A program made the position numbers and the translations under genes. From NCBI GenBank assembly GCA_028534125.1, contig CM052822.1:52452001-52516000 (forward strand): a DNA stretch of 64,000 nucleotides, written 5' to 3'. The notes beneath the pieces were generated by a model. It was not told the DNA's origin. It did no database searches and saw only the letters and a list, made by a program, of their open reading frames with translations. The stretch comes from Lama glama (lineage: Eukaryota). Positions within the stretch are counted from its first letter, which is position 1. Each line of letters begins with the position of its first letter. This document shows positions 62,051-64,000 of this stretch, piece after piece.

Positions 62051-62089
62051 GTGCACATACATACATACATAGAGATAAATATAATAATT

Positions 62090-62385
62090 TAGAGATACTG
62101 TTCAGCAATAAAAGGATATCTCTCATTAATAAAAGAAATGAATTACTGACACGTGCAACAACATGGATGAATCTTGAAGGTGTCGTGCTAACTGAAATAA
62201 ACTAGATACAAAAGACTATATATATTGAATGACTCCATTTATGTGAAATTCTAGAAAGGCAAAAGTATAGCCACAGAAAGCAAATTAATAGTTTCAGATG
62301 GAGACTGGGGGAAAGGGACTGATTGTAAAGGGGCATGTGGGAACTTTTTAGAGTGATGGAAATGTTCTTTATCATGTTTATGGTG
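62090..62385 (+). mobile_element. L1MB/MC-type 3' fragment
   Basis: aacaacatggatgaatcttgaa...gactccatttatgtgaaattctagaaaggcaaa...gtgatggaaatgttct. Confidence 0.8.
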
Positions 62386-64000
62386 GCCATAGTGGCCCAG
62401 TAGGAAGAACATTGTTTCAGGAATAAAAATCTGAATTTGAGGCCTGCTCTGCATATGTATGACCTTGCTCCTAAATCTCATCTGTCAAATCAGAACTGTT
62501 AGTAGATTTAGTGTTTTTCAAATCAAGATCTGCAAAGCCCTACTGCAGACTACTTCTTATTTAACCCAAGTAGCTCTCTGTTAATGTGCTTTGCTTATTT
62601 GGCATGTACCTATGTTTTTACTTCAAAAGCACCTAATAAGTTTTATTTCAAGAGCACAGTGCCTAATAAGTTTGAAAATAAACAGGAGATGTTGAATAGC
62701 TCTTCCAGCTATAAAATTAAATTACTTCTATGGTTTTTAATAAAAAGTCCTTCAGATCTATATATAGCCTGGTAGGTAAAGTGTCAAATCCAAATGAATA
62801 TTTCTAGTCACATTATTCAAACCCAGATTAGATATAACATGCCCAGCCTAGAGTTGGAAATAATGTAATGGTCCAGTATGAGGTAGCTTCCTGGTTGCTT
62901 CTCCATTTACCCTGAATTCTAAATGATCAAGAGCCCAACAAAGTCTGCTGATGAGAAGGGTATTATTCTCATGACAGGACCTAACTGAAGATGGCAGCTG
63001 TGTCCTGGTGTCTCCCCCTGTGTGGTGGAAAACAATTCTCGTTTCAGTCTCCATAGTAATGACTCTTCACATCCAAGTCATGCCTTTTTCTAAAGTTCAG
63101 TTAGAGATTTCTTGGATCTGACAATTCTTCACCTGTCCACAATCTATGCTGACAGTTCTTTCACTGGTATATGAGAGACTGACAGACTGAGAGAAAACAG
63201 AACTTGAATGAAACAGGACACTAGCTCACCTGAAACCCTAGGAACCAGCACTAGGCCCCAGAGAATTCAGATTTCTTGTAAGATAAGTACTATGAGATAA
63301 AAAGTAACAATAGAAAGTCTTCAATTGGGAATATAAGAATATAATACATTAATAAAATAAAAGTTACGGATTTTTTAGAAATCGAATAGTTTCCTTGGTT
63401 TTAAAGCATTTCTCTAAATTTTTGTAAATATATGTTTTGCATTCAACTGTTTCAAAAAAAAAAAACCAGAATGGTTTTTGTTTTTGACATTAGGTAAAAA
63501 ACATTCACATTGGTCTTGAAGCATTTTCCTTATATGTGTACACATTTGGTAAATGGCCATAACAAAGAATGAATATTTTAATTGTGATCTTTGGGATTAA
63601 GAACAGTTAAATCTAAAACTTGAAGGCAAATGTTATATCCACATATGCTTAAGATATTTTGTCTTTTTAAATCAGGATGAGTCATTTAAAAGGATGCCAA
63701 ATATTCTGAGTAAAAATCTTTAGAAGACTGTCTTGAAGGCTGAGTGGTCTTATAAAGGCAGAGTGATCTTATAAACTTTGTAATGTTTCCTGCTGTACAT
63801 GAATTAGTCTTGCTTTCAGATTTTGTGTAAAAGACCACAGGACTGTATTGCTCAGCACTTCCTTAGAAAGCTGAAGCTTTCATAGCTATTTTATTCTATT
63901 GAATTTGTGGCTGAGTTCCTATGTTCTTGGGACACACGGATGGGCTCTGAAATTTTTATAAAAGTTCATCACATAGTGTTTAAGACTTAATTTGTAGAGT

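Noticed and set aside
63810-63900. Possible ANKRD7 exon 2 after tgctttcag
   Set aside because: No ankyrin TPLHLA-like translation in any frame. Exon 2 is presumably beyond the window.
1-64000. Prokaryotic-type systems (CRISPR arrays, operons, defence islands), intact retroelement ORFs, rRNA/snoRNA genes, processed pseudogenes
   Set aside because: The sequence is mammalian with spliced genes. I recognised none of these by eye; a formal Rfam/BLASTX scan was not possible.

Overview
Mammalian genomic DNA, AT-rich and dense in interspersed repeats. It is most likely from a camelid, inferred from tRNA-derived SINEs and young L1 3' ends that match camelid families as I recall them. The first ~42 kb is gene-free and made of L2, MIR, MaLR/ERV LTRs, hAT/Tigger fossils, L1 3' ends and microsatellites. 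A CpG-island promoter then leads into a complete 4-exon LSM8 gene on the + strand (CDS 43150-43180, 44361-44401, 46322-46449, 48732-48822; 96 aa). Its first intron is a U12-type (minor spliceosome) GT-AG intron. About 10 kb downstream is the promoter and first coding exon of ANKRD7 (59258-59487, +), whose remaining exons lie outside the window. There are three N gaps. The ORFs in the provided track, apart from those overlapping these exons, look like chance or repeat-derived frames. I found no convincing wholly new biological system. The best leads are: the splicing and polyadenylation architecture around the LSM8 minor intron; an RFX/A-MYB promoter module and possible intronic polyadenylation in ANKRD7; CTCF motifs; and ultra-short TSD-flanked L1 insertions. 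Repeat family names are from recalled consensus sequences and their boundaries are approximate.
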